64,000 nt of DNA, taken from NCBI GenBank assembly GCA_905214675.1, contig CAJMMS010000002.1, positions 9,519-73,518 on the forward strand, read 5' to 3'. Shown here one piece after another: positions 48,695 to 57,585 of the stretch; positions within the stretch are counted from its first letter, which is position 1, and every line of letters begins with the position of its first letter. Under the pieces are notes generated by a model. That model was not told the DNA's origin. It was given only the letters and a program-made list of their open reading frames with translations, and searched no databases. Source of the stretch: an uncultured bacterium (GTDB lineage: Bacteria > Bacillota > Clostridia > Lachnospirales > Lachnospiraceae). The translations under genes and the position numbers were made by a program.

Positions 48695-49543
48695 ATGAGT
48701 ACGATAACAGAAAAAGTCAGGGATACGCTCGTAAAAGCAGGCTCCTGTTTCCGCAGCGATCAGATCGAGGCTTACCAAAGGGCGATTGAGAAAGAAAAGA
48801 ATCCACAGGCAAAGTGGACGATGGAGAAGATCCTGGCAAATGCAAAGGCAGCAAAGGAGCAGTATTCACCGCTTTGTGATGATACCGGCATACCGCATCT
48901 GATCCTGGAAGTGGGAGAACACCAGATACTGACCGGTGAAATGCTGCAGGAGATTTACCAGGGAGTACAGGAAGGTCTGCGCCTTCTGCCTGGCAGACCG
49001 ATGGCAGTAAAGGGAGATGCCCGGGCAAGGATCGAGCAGTCGGAAGGGCTGTATGGGGATTCTGCGATGCTGGAGCCGGCACCGCTTATGCTGAAATATA
49101 CCAAAGAAGATGAGATAAGACTTACCGTGCTGATGCAGGGCGGCGGTCCGGAGATCCGGGCAAAAACGTACCGCGTTTTCCATAAGCACAGCATGGAAAC
49201 GGTACGTGATGAGATCATTTCCTGGGCGAAGGCGGAAGTCGGGAATCTGGGCTGTACACCATGCAATCTGGCAGTCGGGATCGGCAGATCTCATTATGAA
49301 GCTTCTTCCATGATGCTCCAGGCGATGGCCAGGAGCCGGTTCGGTCAGATGAGTGAACTGGAGCAGCAGATCACGGATGCAGTCAATGAAACACAGGTCG
49401 GTCCTCTGGGACTGGGCGGACAGACAACGGTGCTGTCTACCTTTGTGAAGATCGGACCGCAGCGTGCAAGCGGTGTACGGATCGTCTGCATGCGTCCATG
49501 CTGCTGTTTTGAACCGAGAAAGGCGAGTGTGATCCTTACATGA
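48695..49543 (+). CDS. Class I fumarate hydratase / tartrate dehydratase alpha-subunit homolog (Fe-S)
   Basis: PLCDDTG, GGGPE, GCTPC, GPLGLGG.TT, C-terminal CCC; probable start at ATG 48695. Confidence 0.85.
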   Translation: MSTITEKVRDTLVKAGSCFRSDQIEAYQRAIEKEKNPQAKWTMEKILANAKAAKEQYSPLCDDTGIPHLILEVGEHQILTGEMLQEIYQGVQEGLRLLPGRPMAVKGDARARIEQSEGLYGDSAMLEPAPLMLKYTKEDEIRLTVLMQGGGPEIRAKTYRVFHKHSMETVRDEIISWAKAEVGNLGCTPCNLAVGIGRSHYEASSMMLQAMARSRFGQMSELEQQITDAVNETQVGPLGLGGQTTVLSTFVKIGPQRASGVRIVCMRPCCCFEPRKASVILT

Positions 49544-52365
49544 ACGGAAAAGACAGACAAAAAGAGATGAGTTTGAAAAGACAGACGGGTATTTATACAC
49601 TGCTCTTTGCAGTGACACTGGCAGGTGTCCTTTTTGTATTCTGGTCCGCCGGCAGGACGATGCTGCGTTATTCGAAAAATTTTCCGGACAGCCTGGCACA
49701 GAGCTATACCTTCCTGGTCGGATTTAAACATTATCTGAAAGCATTGTTTTCCGGAAAGCTGAACAACTGGAACTGGTCGATCGGACTGGGGGCAGATGCC
49801 TATTCCTTTTACAGCAGTAAACTGTTCAATCCACTGTACTGGATCACGGCAATGGTGCCGGAACGCTATATGGATATCGGCTGGTGCGGGATGATCGTAG
49901 CCTACCTGTATCTGGCAGGCATGACGTTCCTTCTGTTTCTGCGAAAAGTGCAGATAAAGGATGGCAGGGCACTGATCGGGGCGATGTGTTATGCGTTTGC
50001 ACCATGGATGATCTTATCCAGTGTCAAGCAGGGCAGTTTTCTGATCGGGGCAGTGACGTTTCCACTGCTGGCACTGGCAACGGAGAAAATCCTTCGCAGG
50101 GAATCTCCGGTACCATTTACTTTGTGTGTGGCATTTATCACGCTGACCAGTTTCCGGTGGCCGTATACCTCCGGTATCCTGATCTTTTTCTATTATGCCC
50201 TGCGGTATCGTACTGATTACCGCGAGCCGGGAAAGAAAGGGGCATTTTCCGGAAGATTCGGTGTATTTCTCGGAAGTGGCCTGGTGGGGATCCTGATCGC
50301 GATGCCGGCACTTCTGCCGACGATCATGAAGCTTGGCAAGTCAACCTCCGCCTCCGGCATGAAAACGCCGGTGCTGTTCACACTGGGACAATATCTGCTC
50401 TTCCCGTCAAGAATGACAAACTGGGATATGGCATTTGACAATTATTCCTTTTACTCGTTCCTGCCGCTGTGCGTGGCACTTCTGCCGATACTGATCTGGC
50501 AGGCGGTAAAACAGAAAAAATTTGCAGCCTGGATGACTATATTGCTGACGATCCTGACACAGATCCCTTATTTTTGCAGTGTGCTGAACTTCTTCAGTTA
50601 TCCGAGCGGACGCTGGTACTGTATTCTGATCTTTTTCTGCGTATGGGGCTGTATGGATGCACTGGAAGTGAATCTGCAAAAACATCCGAAACTGAAAAAA
50701 GCGACGCTGCTCTGTTTTCTCCTCTATACCGTGTATGCACTGGGGTTTGCCGGAATTTATGCCGGATGGATACGCGGGCTGGTAAGCAGCACACAGATCC
50801 TTCTGATGGCGGTCAATGCCGTATTTGAAGCAGGCTTTCTGGCGGTGCTGTTCCGGAGGGAAAAAGAAGAAGACTCCCGGAAGCGTGTGCACAGATATTC
50901 CAGGCAGGCAGTTCTTCTTGCGATGACAGCCGTTACGGCTATCGCTGCCTATAATGTCTACTTTACGCAGTTTTCCAGAGGAGACATGAAACGTTTCCTG
51001 GCAAATGGAGCTGCCTATGAAAAGTTTGCAGCGTCACCGCAGAAGGCGGCACAGAAGATCGAAGATGACGATTTTTACCGGGTGGACCAGGTGGAGGGTG
51101 TGGATGTCACAGCAGCGCCGCGCAACCGCATCAATGAGACTATATTTTTTAATACAAGATCTATTTATATGTTCCAGTCCGGAAACAATAAAAAATGGTT
51201 TACCTTTGGAAAATTCCTCGGAGACAATGCCATTTATTATAAGCGGACCTGTCCGAATTCCAATGACAACCGTATGGTACCGGATCTGCTGACCGGGGTA
51301 AAATATTTTATCGGAAACCAGAAGGGAAGCAAAAAACAGGCAAGTGCCTGTGCAGGATATGGATTTGAGAACTGGAAGACCATAGATGGTGTGGATATCC
51401 TGAAAAATAAATACAGCATCGGCATCGGAACGCTCTATGACAGCTACATCTCACAGTCAGAGGCAGAAAAGCTGAACTATGCACAGCGGGAACAGGCCAT
51501 GCTGCAAAGCATTGTACTGCCGGATGAAGAGGCAGAAAAATTAGAATCAAAGGAGAGCAGCCTTAAGAAGCTGGATGTGCAGGATCTGGAACTGAATGTG
51601 CAGGAAGTGCCGGTCAGAGTAAAGAGCCGGAAGCATGCCGTGATCGATCCGGAAGCAAAGACGATCACTACCGACCAGAAAAAAGCAAGTTTTGTACTGC
51701 GCATACCGGAAGTGAAAGACTGCCAGCTTCTGATCAGCTTCAAAGGACTGAAAAAGAACGGCAAACGTGGAAACGAAGAGTTTACCGTTTATGCCAGAAA
51801 AGGAAAGGTGCGAAAAGCAGCCAGCGATACGATCGGAAATGCACAGGGATTTCCGGATATCGAAGATCTGACCCTGAATCTTGGATATTTTGAAGAAGTT
51901 CAGGGAAAGATCAAGATTACGTTGCAGGCAGAAAAGGAAGGAACGTATACGTATGATGATATCATCGTCTATGCGATCCCGACGGATCTGTATGATAAAT
52001 ATGCAGTGCGTCTGCAGGATAACAGACTTCGCATTACGCAGTTTGAAAATGACCGTATTTGCGGAACATTTACTGCAGATCATACATCCATTGCCTATTT
52101 CTCTATTTTGAATGATGGAGGATGGAGCGTGTATGTGGATGGCGAGAAGGTAACAAAAGTACAGGATACACAGCTTGCATTTACCGGAGCAGTGATACCG
52201 GAAGGAACGCATCAGATCGAACTGCGTTACCACACACCGGGACTTCGGGCAGGGATGCTGTTAGGAGCTATAGGAATTGCCGCATTACTGGGACTGATTT
52301 TTGATTCTGTAATCAAAAATAAAATTTATAAACAATCCGTAAACAAAAGATTAAAAAATCATTGA
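49540..52365 (+). CDS. YfhO-family GT-C membrane glycosyltransferase
   Basis: WSIGLGAD, many TM helices, FYRVD, GWSVYVDG...GTHQIELRYHTPGL, terminal TM helix; 941 aa. Confidence 0.88.
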   Translation: MNGKDRQKEMSLKRQTGIYTLLFAVTLAGVLFVFWSAGRTMLRYSKNFPDSLAQSYTFLVGFKHYLKALFSGKLNNWNWSIGLGADAYSFYSSKLFNPLYWITAMVPERYMDIGWCGMIVAYLYLAGMTFLLFLRKVQIKDGRALIGAMCYAFAPWMILSSVKQGSFLIGAVTFPLLALATEKILRRESPVPFTLCVAFITLTSFRWPYTSGILIFFYYALRYRTDYREPGKKGAFSGRFGVFLGSGLVGILIAMPALLPTIMKLGKSTSASGMKTPVLFTLGQYLLFPSRMTNWDMAFDNYSFYSFLPLCVALLPILIWQAVKQKKFAAWMTILLTILTQIPYFCSVLNFFSYPSGRWYCILIFFCVWGCMDALEVNLQKHPKLKKATLLCFLLYTVYALGFAGIYAGWIRGLVSSTQILLMAVNAVFEAGFLAVLFRREKEEDSRKRVHRYSRQAVLLAMTAVTAIAAYNVYFTQFSRGDMKRFLANGAAYEKFAASPQKAAQKIEDDDFYRVDQVEGVDVTAAPRNRINETIFFNTRSIYMFQSGNNKKWFTFGKFLGDNAIYYKRTCPNSNDNRMVPDLLTGVKYFIGNQKGSKKQASACAGYGFENWKTIDGVDILKNKYSIGIGTLYDSYISQSEAEKLNYAQREQAMLQSIVLPDEEAEKLESKESSLKKLDVQDLELNVQEVPVRVKSRKHAVIDPEAKTITTDQKKASFVLRIPEVKDCQLLISFKGLKKNGKRGNEEFTVYARKGKVRKAASDTIGNAQGFPDIEDLTLNLGYFEEVQGKIKITLQAEKEGTYTYDDIIVYAIPTDLYDKYAVRLQDNRLRITQFENDRICGTFTADHTSIAYFSILNDGGWSVYVDGEKVTKVQDTQLAFTGAVIPEGTHQIELRYHTPGLRAGMLLGAIGIAALLGLIFDSVIKNKIYKQSVNKRLKNH

Positions 52366-52390
52366 CATTGTGGAAAATTACTGTTATAGT
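52362..52390 (+). promoter_or_regulatory. Sigma-A promoter of the nag operon
   Basis: TTGACA-17 nt-TATAGT with a TG extension. Confidence 0.75.
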
Positions 52391-52424
52391 AAAGAAGCAA
52401 TTAAAGAATTTGGTAGATATGACA

Positions 52425-52499
52425 GGATTGTTACTGGTGATGCAGGCAAGACCCAAGAGTTCAGCGAGGAAAATATGCAGGGATTCTATGGGTTTTTTT
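52425..52499 (+). promoter_or_regulatory. RAT (ribonucleic antiterminator) overlapping a conditional terminator
   Basis: GGATTGTTACTGGTGATGCAGGCAAGACC matches the BglG/LicT RAT consensus; it overlaps the stem GACCCAAGAGTTC...GGATTCTATGGGTT plus a T-run. Confidence 0.9.
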
Positions 52500-52515
52500 G
52501 TTGGGAGACACTACT

Positions 52516-53370
52516 ATGAAAATCATCAAAGTTATTAACAACAATGTAGTGAGTGCTTTGGACAAAGACGCCGAGGAAGTCGTTATCATGGGAAAAGGTA
52601 TTGGTTTCCATGCAAAGCCGGGACAGATTGTGGATGAGAAACAGGTGGAAAAGACATTTCGGCTGGATGATCAGAAATCAACCGGGCAGTTTGCCAGGCT
52701 GGTGGAAAAGCTTCCGGTTGAATATCTCAAGGTTTCAGATCAGATCATCACTTATGCCAAGAACAACATTGGTTTGAAGCTGCATCAGAGCATTTATCTG
52801 ACTCTGACAGATCATATCAGTTTTGTGATTGAACGGTATAAGAAAGGAGTGCAGTTTGACAATCCGCTCAAGGTAGAGGTAAAGACCTTTTACCCGATTG
52901 AGTTTGGAGTTGGCAAATATGCGATCCGCAAGATCAGAGAGAAGCTTCATGTGGAGCTGAATGAGGATGAGGCCGCATCCGTTGCGCTCCATATCGTAAA
53001 TGCGGAATATGACACCGGTGTACGCAATACGATGAACATCACCTGCCTAATCCGCGACGTAGTTGATATTGTAAGTGAATATTTCAATATTGAACTGCAG
53101 GAAGAAAACCTTCATTACGCCAGATTCATCACTCATCTGAAATTTCTTGGACAGCGCATTTTTACGGGACAGATGCTCGGAAACGATGATAACGGTTTCG
53201 GGAAAGTGATTTCCGGAATGTACCCGGTAGAATATGCGTGCAGCGAAAAGATTGCGCATTATATAAAAATGCGCTATGATCACGAAATTACAGATGAAGA
53301 GACGGCTTACCTGGCCGTACATATCCGCAGAATCCAGCCGGAAAAAGAGCTGGAGGAGGATCTTCATTGA
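52516..53370 (+). CDS. BglG/LicT-family PRD antiterminator
   Basis: KVINNNVV, MGKGIGF CAT domain; two PRDs (LTDH, ALHIVNA, FITHL, LAVHI). Confidence 0.95.
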   Translation: MKIIKVINNNVVSALDKDAEEVVIMGKGIGFHAKPGQIVDEKQVEKTFRLDDQKSTGQFARLVEKLPVEYLKVSDQIITYAKNNIGLKLHQSIYLTLTDHISFVIERYKKGVQFDNPLKVEVKTFYPIEFGVGKYAIRKIREKLHVELNEDEAASVALHIVNAEYDTGVRNTMNITCLIRDVVDIVSEYFNIELQEENLHYARFITHLKFLGQRIFTGQMLGNDDNGFGKVISGMYPVEYACSEKIAHYIKMRYDHEITDEETAYLAVHIRRIQPEKELEEDLH

Positions 53371-53391
53371 GAGAAGGAGGAAAAAGTAATC

Positions 53392-54864
53392 ATGATGAAA
53401 TTTTTGCAGAAATTAGGTAAAGCTTTGATGTTACCTGTTGCCTGCCTTCCTATCTGTGGTATCCTGATGGGTCTTGGATATGCTCTTTGCCCATCTACCA
53501 TGCAGGGTGGTGACGTAGTAGGTATTGTACAGCAGATTGGTTTCTATTTAGTAAAAGCAGGTGGAGCCCTGATCGATAACATGGCTATCCTGTTTGCAAT
53601 CGGTATCGGTGTTGGTATGTCCGAAGACAACGACGGTACAGGCGGACTTGCAGCCCTGGCTTCCTGGCTGATGCTGACAACTCTGCTGTCTGTAGGTGCT
53701 GTATCTGTTATCAAAACTCTTGAAGAAGGTACAACCGCTTACATCGCATTCAGCAAGATCCAGAACCCGTTCATCGGTATCATCGCTGGTGTTATCGGTT
53801 CTTCTTGCTACAACAAATTCAAAGGAACAAAACTGCCGGATTGGCTGTCATTCTTCAGTGGCAAACGTTGCGTAGCTATCGTAGCTGGTGTTGTTTCTAT
53901 CATTACATCCGTAGTACTGCTGTTCGTATGGCCGTTACTGTTTGGTGGTCTGGTTGCACTTGGACAGGGTATCGCAGGTATGGGAGCTGTAGGTGCTGGT
54001 ATCTACGCATTCTTCAACCGTCTGCTGATCCCATTCGGTCTGCATCACGCACTGAACAACGTATTCTGGTTTGATACCATCGGTCTTGGTGACCTGTCTC
54101 ACTTCTGGGCTGGTGAAACATCTGCAGATGTTACATGGAGCCTTGGTATGTACATGTCAGGATTCTTCCCATGTATGATGTTTGGTATCCCGGGTGCTGC
54201 TCTGGCTATGGTTCATACAGCAAAACCTGGAAAGAAAAAAGTTGCAATCGGTCTTCTTTCTTCCGCAGCAATCGCAGCATTTGTTTGTGGTGTAACTGAG
54301 CCGTTCGAATTTGGTTTCATGTTCCTGGCTCCTGGACTGTACGCAGTATATGCACTGCTGTACGCTATCTTCACAGTGATCACAGTTGTACTTGGATTCA
54401 GAGCCGGATTCAGTTTCTCCGCTGGTTTAACTGACCTGATCTTCTCTGCTTCCCTTCCAGCAGCAGCTAAGACATGGCTGATTATCCCTCTGGGTATTGC
54501 AGCATTCGTAGTATTCTACGTAGTATTCCGTTTCGCAATCACAAAATTCGACCTGAAAACACCGGGACGTGAAGATGATGATATTGACGAATCTGAAAAG
54601 AGCATCAAACTGTCTAACAACAACTACACAGAAGTTGCAAAAGCAGTTCTGGCTGGATGCGGCGGTAAAGAGAACATCACTTCTATCGACAACTGCATCA
54701 CAAGACTTCGTCTGGAAGTGAAAGATACTACAAAAGTAAACGAAAAAGCAATCAAAGCAGCTGGAGCAGCTGGTGTGATTCGCCCAGGCAAAACAAGTGT
54801 ACAGGTTATCATCGGAACTCAGGTTCAGTTCGTAGCTGACGAGTTCAAGAAACTGTGCAAATAA
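53392..54864 (+). CDS. nagE: PTS N-acetylglucosamine EIICB
   Basis: LQKLGKALMLPVA, NRLLIPFGLHH, GVTEPFEF, EIIB motif DNCITRLR; upstream of nagB and nagA. Confidence 0.9.
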   Translation: MMKFLQKLGKALMLPVACLPICGILMGLGYALCPSTMQGGDVVGIVQQIGFYLVKAGGALIDNMAILFAIGIGVGMSEDNDGTGGLAALASWLMLTTLLSVGAVSVIKTLEEGTTAYIAFSKIQNPFIGIIAGVIGSSCYNKFKGTKLPDWLSFFSGKRCVAIVAGVVSIITSVVLLFVWPLLFGGLVALGQGIAGMGAVGAGIYAFFNRLLIPFGLHHALNNVFWFDTIGLGDLSHFWAGETSADVTWSLGMYMSGFFPCMMFGIPGAALAMVHTAKPGKKKVAIGLLSSAAIAAFVCGVTEPFEFGFMFLAPGLYAVYALLYAIFTVITVVLGFRAGFSFSAGLTDLIFSASLPAAAKTWLIIPLGIAAFVVFYVVFRFAITKFDLKTPGREDDDIDESEKSIKLSNNNYTEVAKAVLAGCGGKENITSIDNCITRLRLEVKDTTKVNEKAIKAAGAAGVIRPGKTSVQVIIGTQVQFVADEFKKLCK

Positions 54865-54897
54865 TAGCTTGATATAATGGTCTGAAATCTGACCTGC

Positions 54898-54930
54898 AAG
54901 GGGGACGCCGTAGTGGGTGTCCCCCTTTTG
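54898..54930 (+). terminator. Intra-operon hairpin after nagE
   Basis: AAGGGGGACGCC-GTAGT-GGGTGTCCCCCTTTT. Confidence 0.6.
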
Positions 54931-54960
54931 GTACTCGTGCCGTTAGAAGGAGGACATACA

Positions 54961-55581
54961 TTGGAATATAAGATTAAGACGATTTCTTCGAAAGAAGAGA
55001 TTGTGAACTGCAATCGTTTTGAGATCGACCATGTGCAGTGGCATCATGCAATCACACCTCCGAAAGCCTGTGGTTATATGGGGTATCTGAAGGGGGAAGG
55101 ACTCTATGTGCAGATTTGCACAGAGGAGCATGATCCGCTTGCAAGATGCACAGAGCATCACGAAATGGTCTGCAAAGACAGTGCAGTGGAAGTGTTTCTG
55201 GCATTCGCAGAAAAAGGAAAGGAACTTACCAACAATGATATGTATCTGAACTTTGAAGTGAATGCAAACGGAGCCATGTATGCAAAATATGGCTTTGGCA
55301 GACAGGGAAGACAGTTCCTTTCCGATGAAGTTTATAAGGAAACAGGCGTAAATTCTGTGATTGAAAAGGATCACTGGATAATGAGCCTGCTCATTCCGGA
55401 GAAGTTTCTGAAGGAAGTCTGCGATTATTTACCGGATGGCAGCGGCAAGGAGATATACTGTAATTTCTATAAAATTTCAGAAGATCCGGCTGTTGAACAT
55501 TATATCAGCTTTTCACCGATTGACAGTGAGAAGCCAAACTTCCATCTTCCGGTCTTTTTTGCAAAAGCGGAAGTGGAATAA
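54961..55581 (+). CDS. CBM9-like (DOMON-like) cytoplasmic protein
   Basis: VCKDSAVEVF, YLNFEVNANG, NFYKI, PNFH.P.FF; TTG start after AGGAGG; no signal peptide. Confidence 0.7.
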   Translation: MEYKIKTISSKEEIVNCNRFEIDHVQWHHAITPPKACGYMGYLKGEGLYVQICTEEHDPLARCTEHHEMVCKDSAVEVFLAFAEKGKELTNNDMYLNFEVNANGAMYAKYGFGRQGRQFLSDEVYKETGVNSVIEKDHWIMSLLIPEKFLKEVCDYLPDGSGKEIYCNFYKISEDPAVEHYISFSPIDSEKPNFHLPVFFAKAEVE

Positions 55582-55607
55582 ACCTGAAATCAGAAAGGAA
55601 GAGGGAT

Positions 55608-56351
55608 ATGGTTTTATATCAGGCAAAAGATTATAAGGACATGAGCAGAAAGGCAGCAAATATTATTTCTGCCCAGGTTATCATGAAACCAAACGCTGTT
55701 TTAGGTCTGGCAACAGGTTCTACACCGGTAGGTGCATACGAACAGCTGGTTGAATGGTACAACAAAGGTGACATCGATTTTTCACAGGTAACTTCTGTAA
55801 ACCTGGACGAATACAAAGGACTTTCCGGAGACAATGATCAGAGCTACCGTTATTTCATGAACAAAAATCTGTTTGATCATGTAAATATCGACAAGGCACG
55901 TACCTTTGTACCGGATGGAACAGAACCGGACAGCAAAGTTGCATGTGCAAAATACAATGCGATCATCGACAGCGTTGGCGGCATCGACCTGCAGCTGCTG
56001 GGTATCGGCGGAAACGGACACATCGGATTTAACGAGCCGGGTTCAGCTTTCGAGAGTCTGACACACTGTGTAGCACTGAAAGAGGATACTATCAAAGCAA
56101 ACGCAAGATTCTTCGAATCTATGGATGATGTGCCGAAATTTGCATATACCATGGGTATCAAAAACATCATGTCAGCGAAGAAAGTTCTGCTGCTGGCAAG
56201 CGGAAAGAACAAAGCAAAAGCAGTTTATGAATCTTTCTTCGGACCGATCGTACCTAGCGTACCGGCTTCTGTACTGCAGCTTCACAACGATGTGATCGTA
56301 ATTGCAGACGAAGAAGCACTGTCCCTGTGCAGAGAGAAGGGAGTGATCTAA
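55608..56351 (+). CDS. nagB: Glucosamine-6-phosphate deaminase
   Basis: LGLATGSTP, NLDEY, GIGGNGHIGFNEP, PASVLQLH. Confidence 0.97.
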   Translation: MVLYQAKDYKDMSRKAANIISAQVIMKPNAVLGLATGSTPVGAYEQLVEWYNKGDIDFSQVTSVNLDEYKGLSGDNDQSYRYFMNKNLFDHVNIDKARTFVPDGTEPDSKVACAKYNAIIDSVGGIDLQLLGIGGNGHIGFNEPGSAFESLTHCVALKEDTIKANARFFESMDDVPKFAYTMGIKNIMSAKKVLLLASGKNKAKAVYESFFGPIVPSVPASVLQLHNDVIVIADEEALSLCREKGVI

Positions 56352-57455
56352 ATGATCATTAAAGGTGCATCTGTTTTTTGTGAAGACGGAACATTTCAGG
56401 TAAAAGATGTTTTTGTAGAAGATCACAAGATCGTAGCAACTGAAGCAGAAGTAAGCGATAAGACCGTGGTGGATGCCAGCGGATACAAACTGATCCCTGG
56501 TCTTGTGGATGTACACAGCCACGGTGCCTGCGGTCACGATTTCTGTGACTGTGACGTAGAAGGCGTAAAAGAGATTTTACGTTTTGAAAAAGCACATGGT
56601 ATCACTTCTTACTGCCCGACATCCATGACACTTTCCAAAGAGATGCTGGTTGATATTTTTGCGACCGCAAAAGAAGCAGACGGCATCGCAGACGGAGCAC
56701 GTGTCATTGGTATCAATATGGAAGGACCATTTATCGCACCGGAGAAAAAGGGAGCACAGAATGGTGCTTATATCCAGGCACCGTCCGCAGAGACATTCCG
56801 TGCATGCCAGCAGGCAAGCGGCGGACGGATCAAACTGGTGACTCTGGCACCGGAGATGGAAGGTTCCGTAGAATTTATCAAAGAACTCAAAGATGAAGTG
56901 CATATCTCTGTTGGACATACGACAGCAGATTATGATACTGCAAAGGCAGCATTTGAGGCCGGTGCAGATCACGTAACACATCTGTACAATGCCATGCCGC
57001 CGTTGAATCACAGAGCACCGGGTGTCATCGGAGCTGCTGCAGACAATGAGCATGTATATGCCGAGCTGATCAGCGATGGTCTGCACATCCATGGCAGTGC
57101 GGTCCGTGCAGCATTCCGTATGTTCGGACCGGAACGTATTGTTCTGATCAGTGATTCCATGATGGCATGCGGTATGGAAAACGGAGAATATGAACTGGGC
57201 GGTCAGAAAGTATTTATGAAAGACCGCAAAGCAACACTGGCAGACGGAACCATCGCAGGATCCGCAACCTGTCTGTATGACTGTATGAAGATTGCAATGT
57301 CTTTCGATATTCCGGAAGCGGATGCGATTTTTGCAGCCACCAGAAATCCGGCGAAGAGCATAGGTGTCTATGACAGAGTCGGTTCTATCAGCGTCGGAAA
57401 AGAGGCCGACATGCTGCTGGTAGATGATGAGTATCATTTAAAGCAAGTGTTTTAA
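56352..57455 (+). CDS. nagA: N-acetylglucosamine-6-phosphate deacetylase
   Basis: PGLVDVHSHG, MEGPF, TLAPE, HVTHLYNAM, DGLH, GTIAGS. Confidence 0.96.
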   Translation: MIIKGASVFCEDGTFQVKDVFVEDHKIVATEAEVSDKTVVDASGYKLIPGLVDVHSHGACGHDFCDCDVEGVKEILRFEKAHGITSYCPTSMTLSKEMLVDIFATAKEADGIADGARVIGINMEGPFIAPEKKGAQNGAYIQAPSAETFRACQQASGGRIKLVTLAPEMEGSVEFIKELKDEVHISVGHTTADYDTAKAAFEAGADHVTHLYNAMPPLNHRAPGVIGAAADNEHVYAELISDGLHIHGSAVRAAFRMFGPERIVLISDSMMACGMENGEYELGGQKVFMKDRKATLADGTIAGSATCLYDCMKIAMSFDIPEADAIFAATRNPAKSIGVYDRVGSISVGKEADMLLVDDEYHLKQVF

Positions 57456-57548
57456 TAAGGTTTATTTGTAATTAGAAATAATTACAGGGATGCAGAATGG
57501 ACCTGGGAAATCCATTCTGTAGGAGTGTGTGAAAAGGATAAGATAAAG

Positions 57549-57584
57549 AAACCTCCGTTCATTGAGAGATGAGCGGAGGTTTTA
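57549..57584. terminator. Bidirectional terminator between nagA and the protease gene
   Basis: AAACCTCCGTTCAT-N6-ATGAGCGGAGGTTT. Confidence 0.75.
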
Positions 57585-57585
57585 T

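Noticed and set aside
42850..49543. Phosphonate or RiPP/NRPS interpretation of the cassette
   Set aside because: No PEP mutase, precursor peptide or carrier protein; the flanking genes point to a glycan.
57468..57520. Extra hairpins between nagA and the protease gene
   Set aside because: Short stems in a convergent gap, adequately explained as 3'-end structures; no second copy seen.
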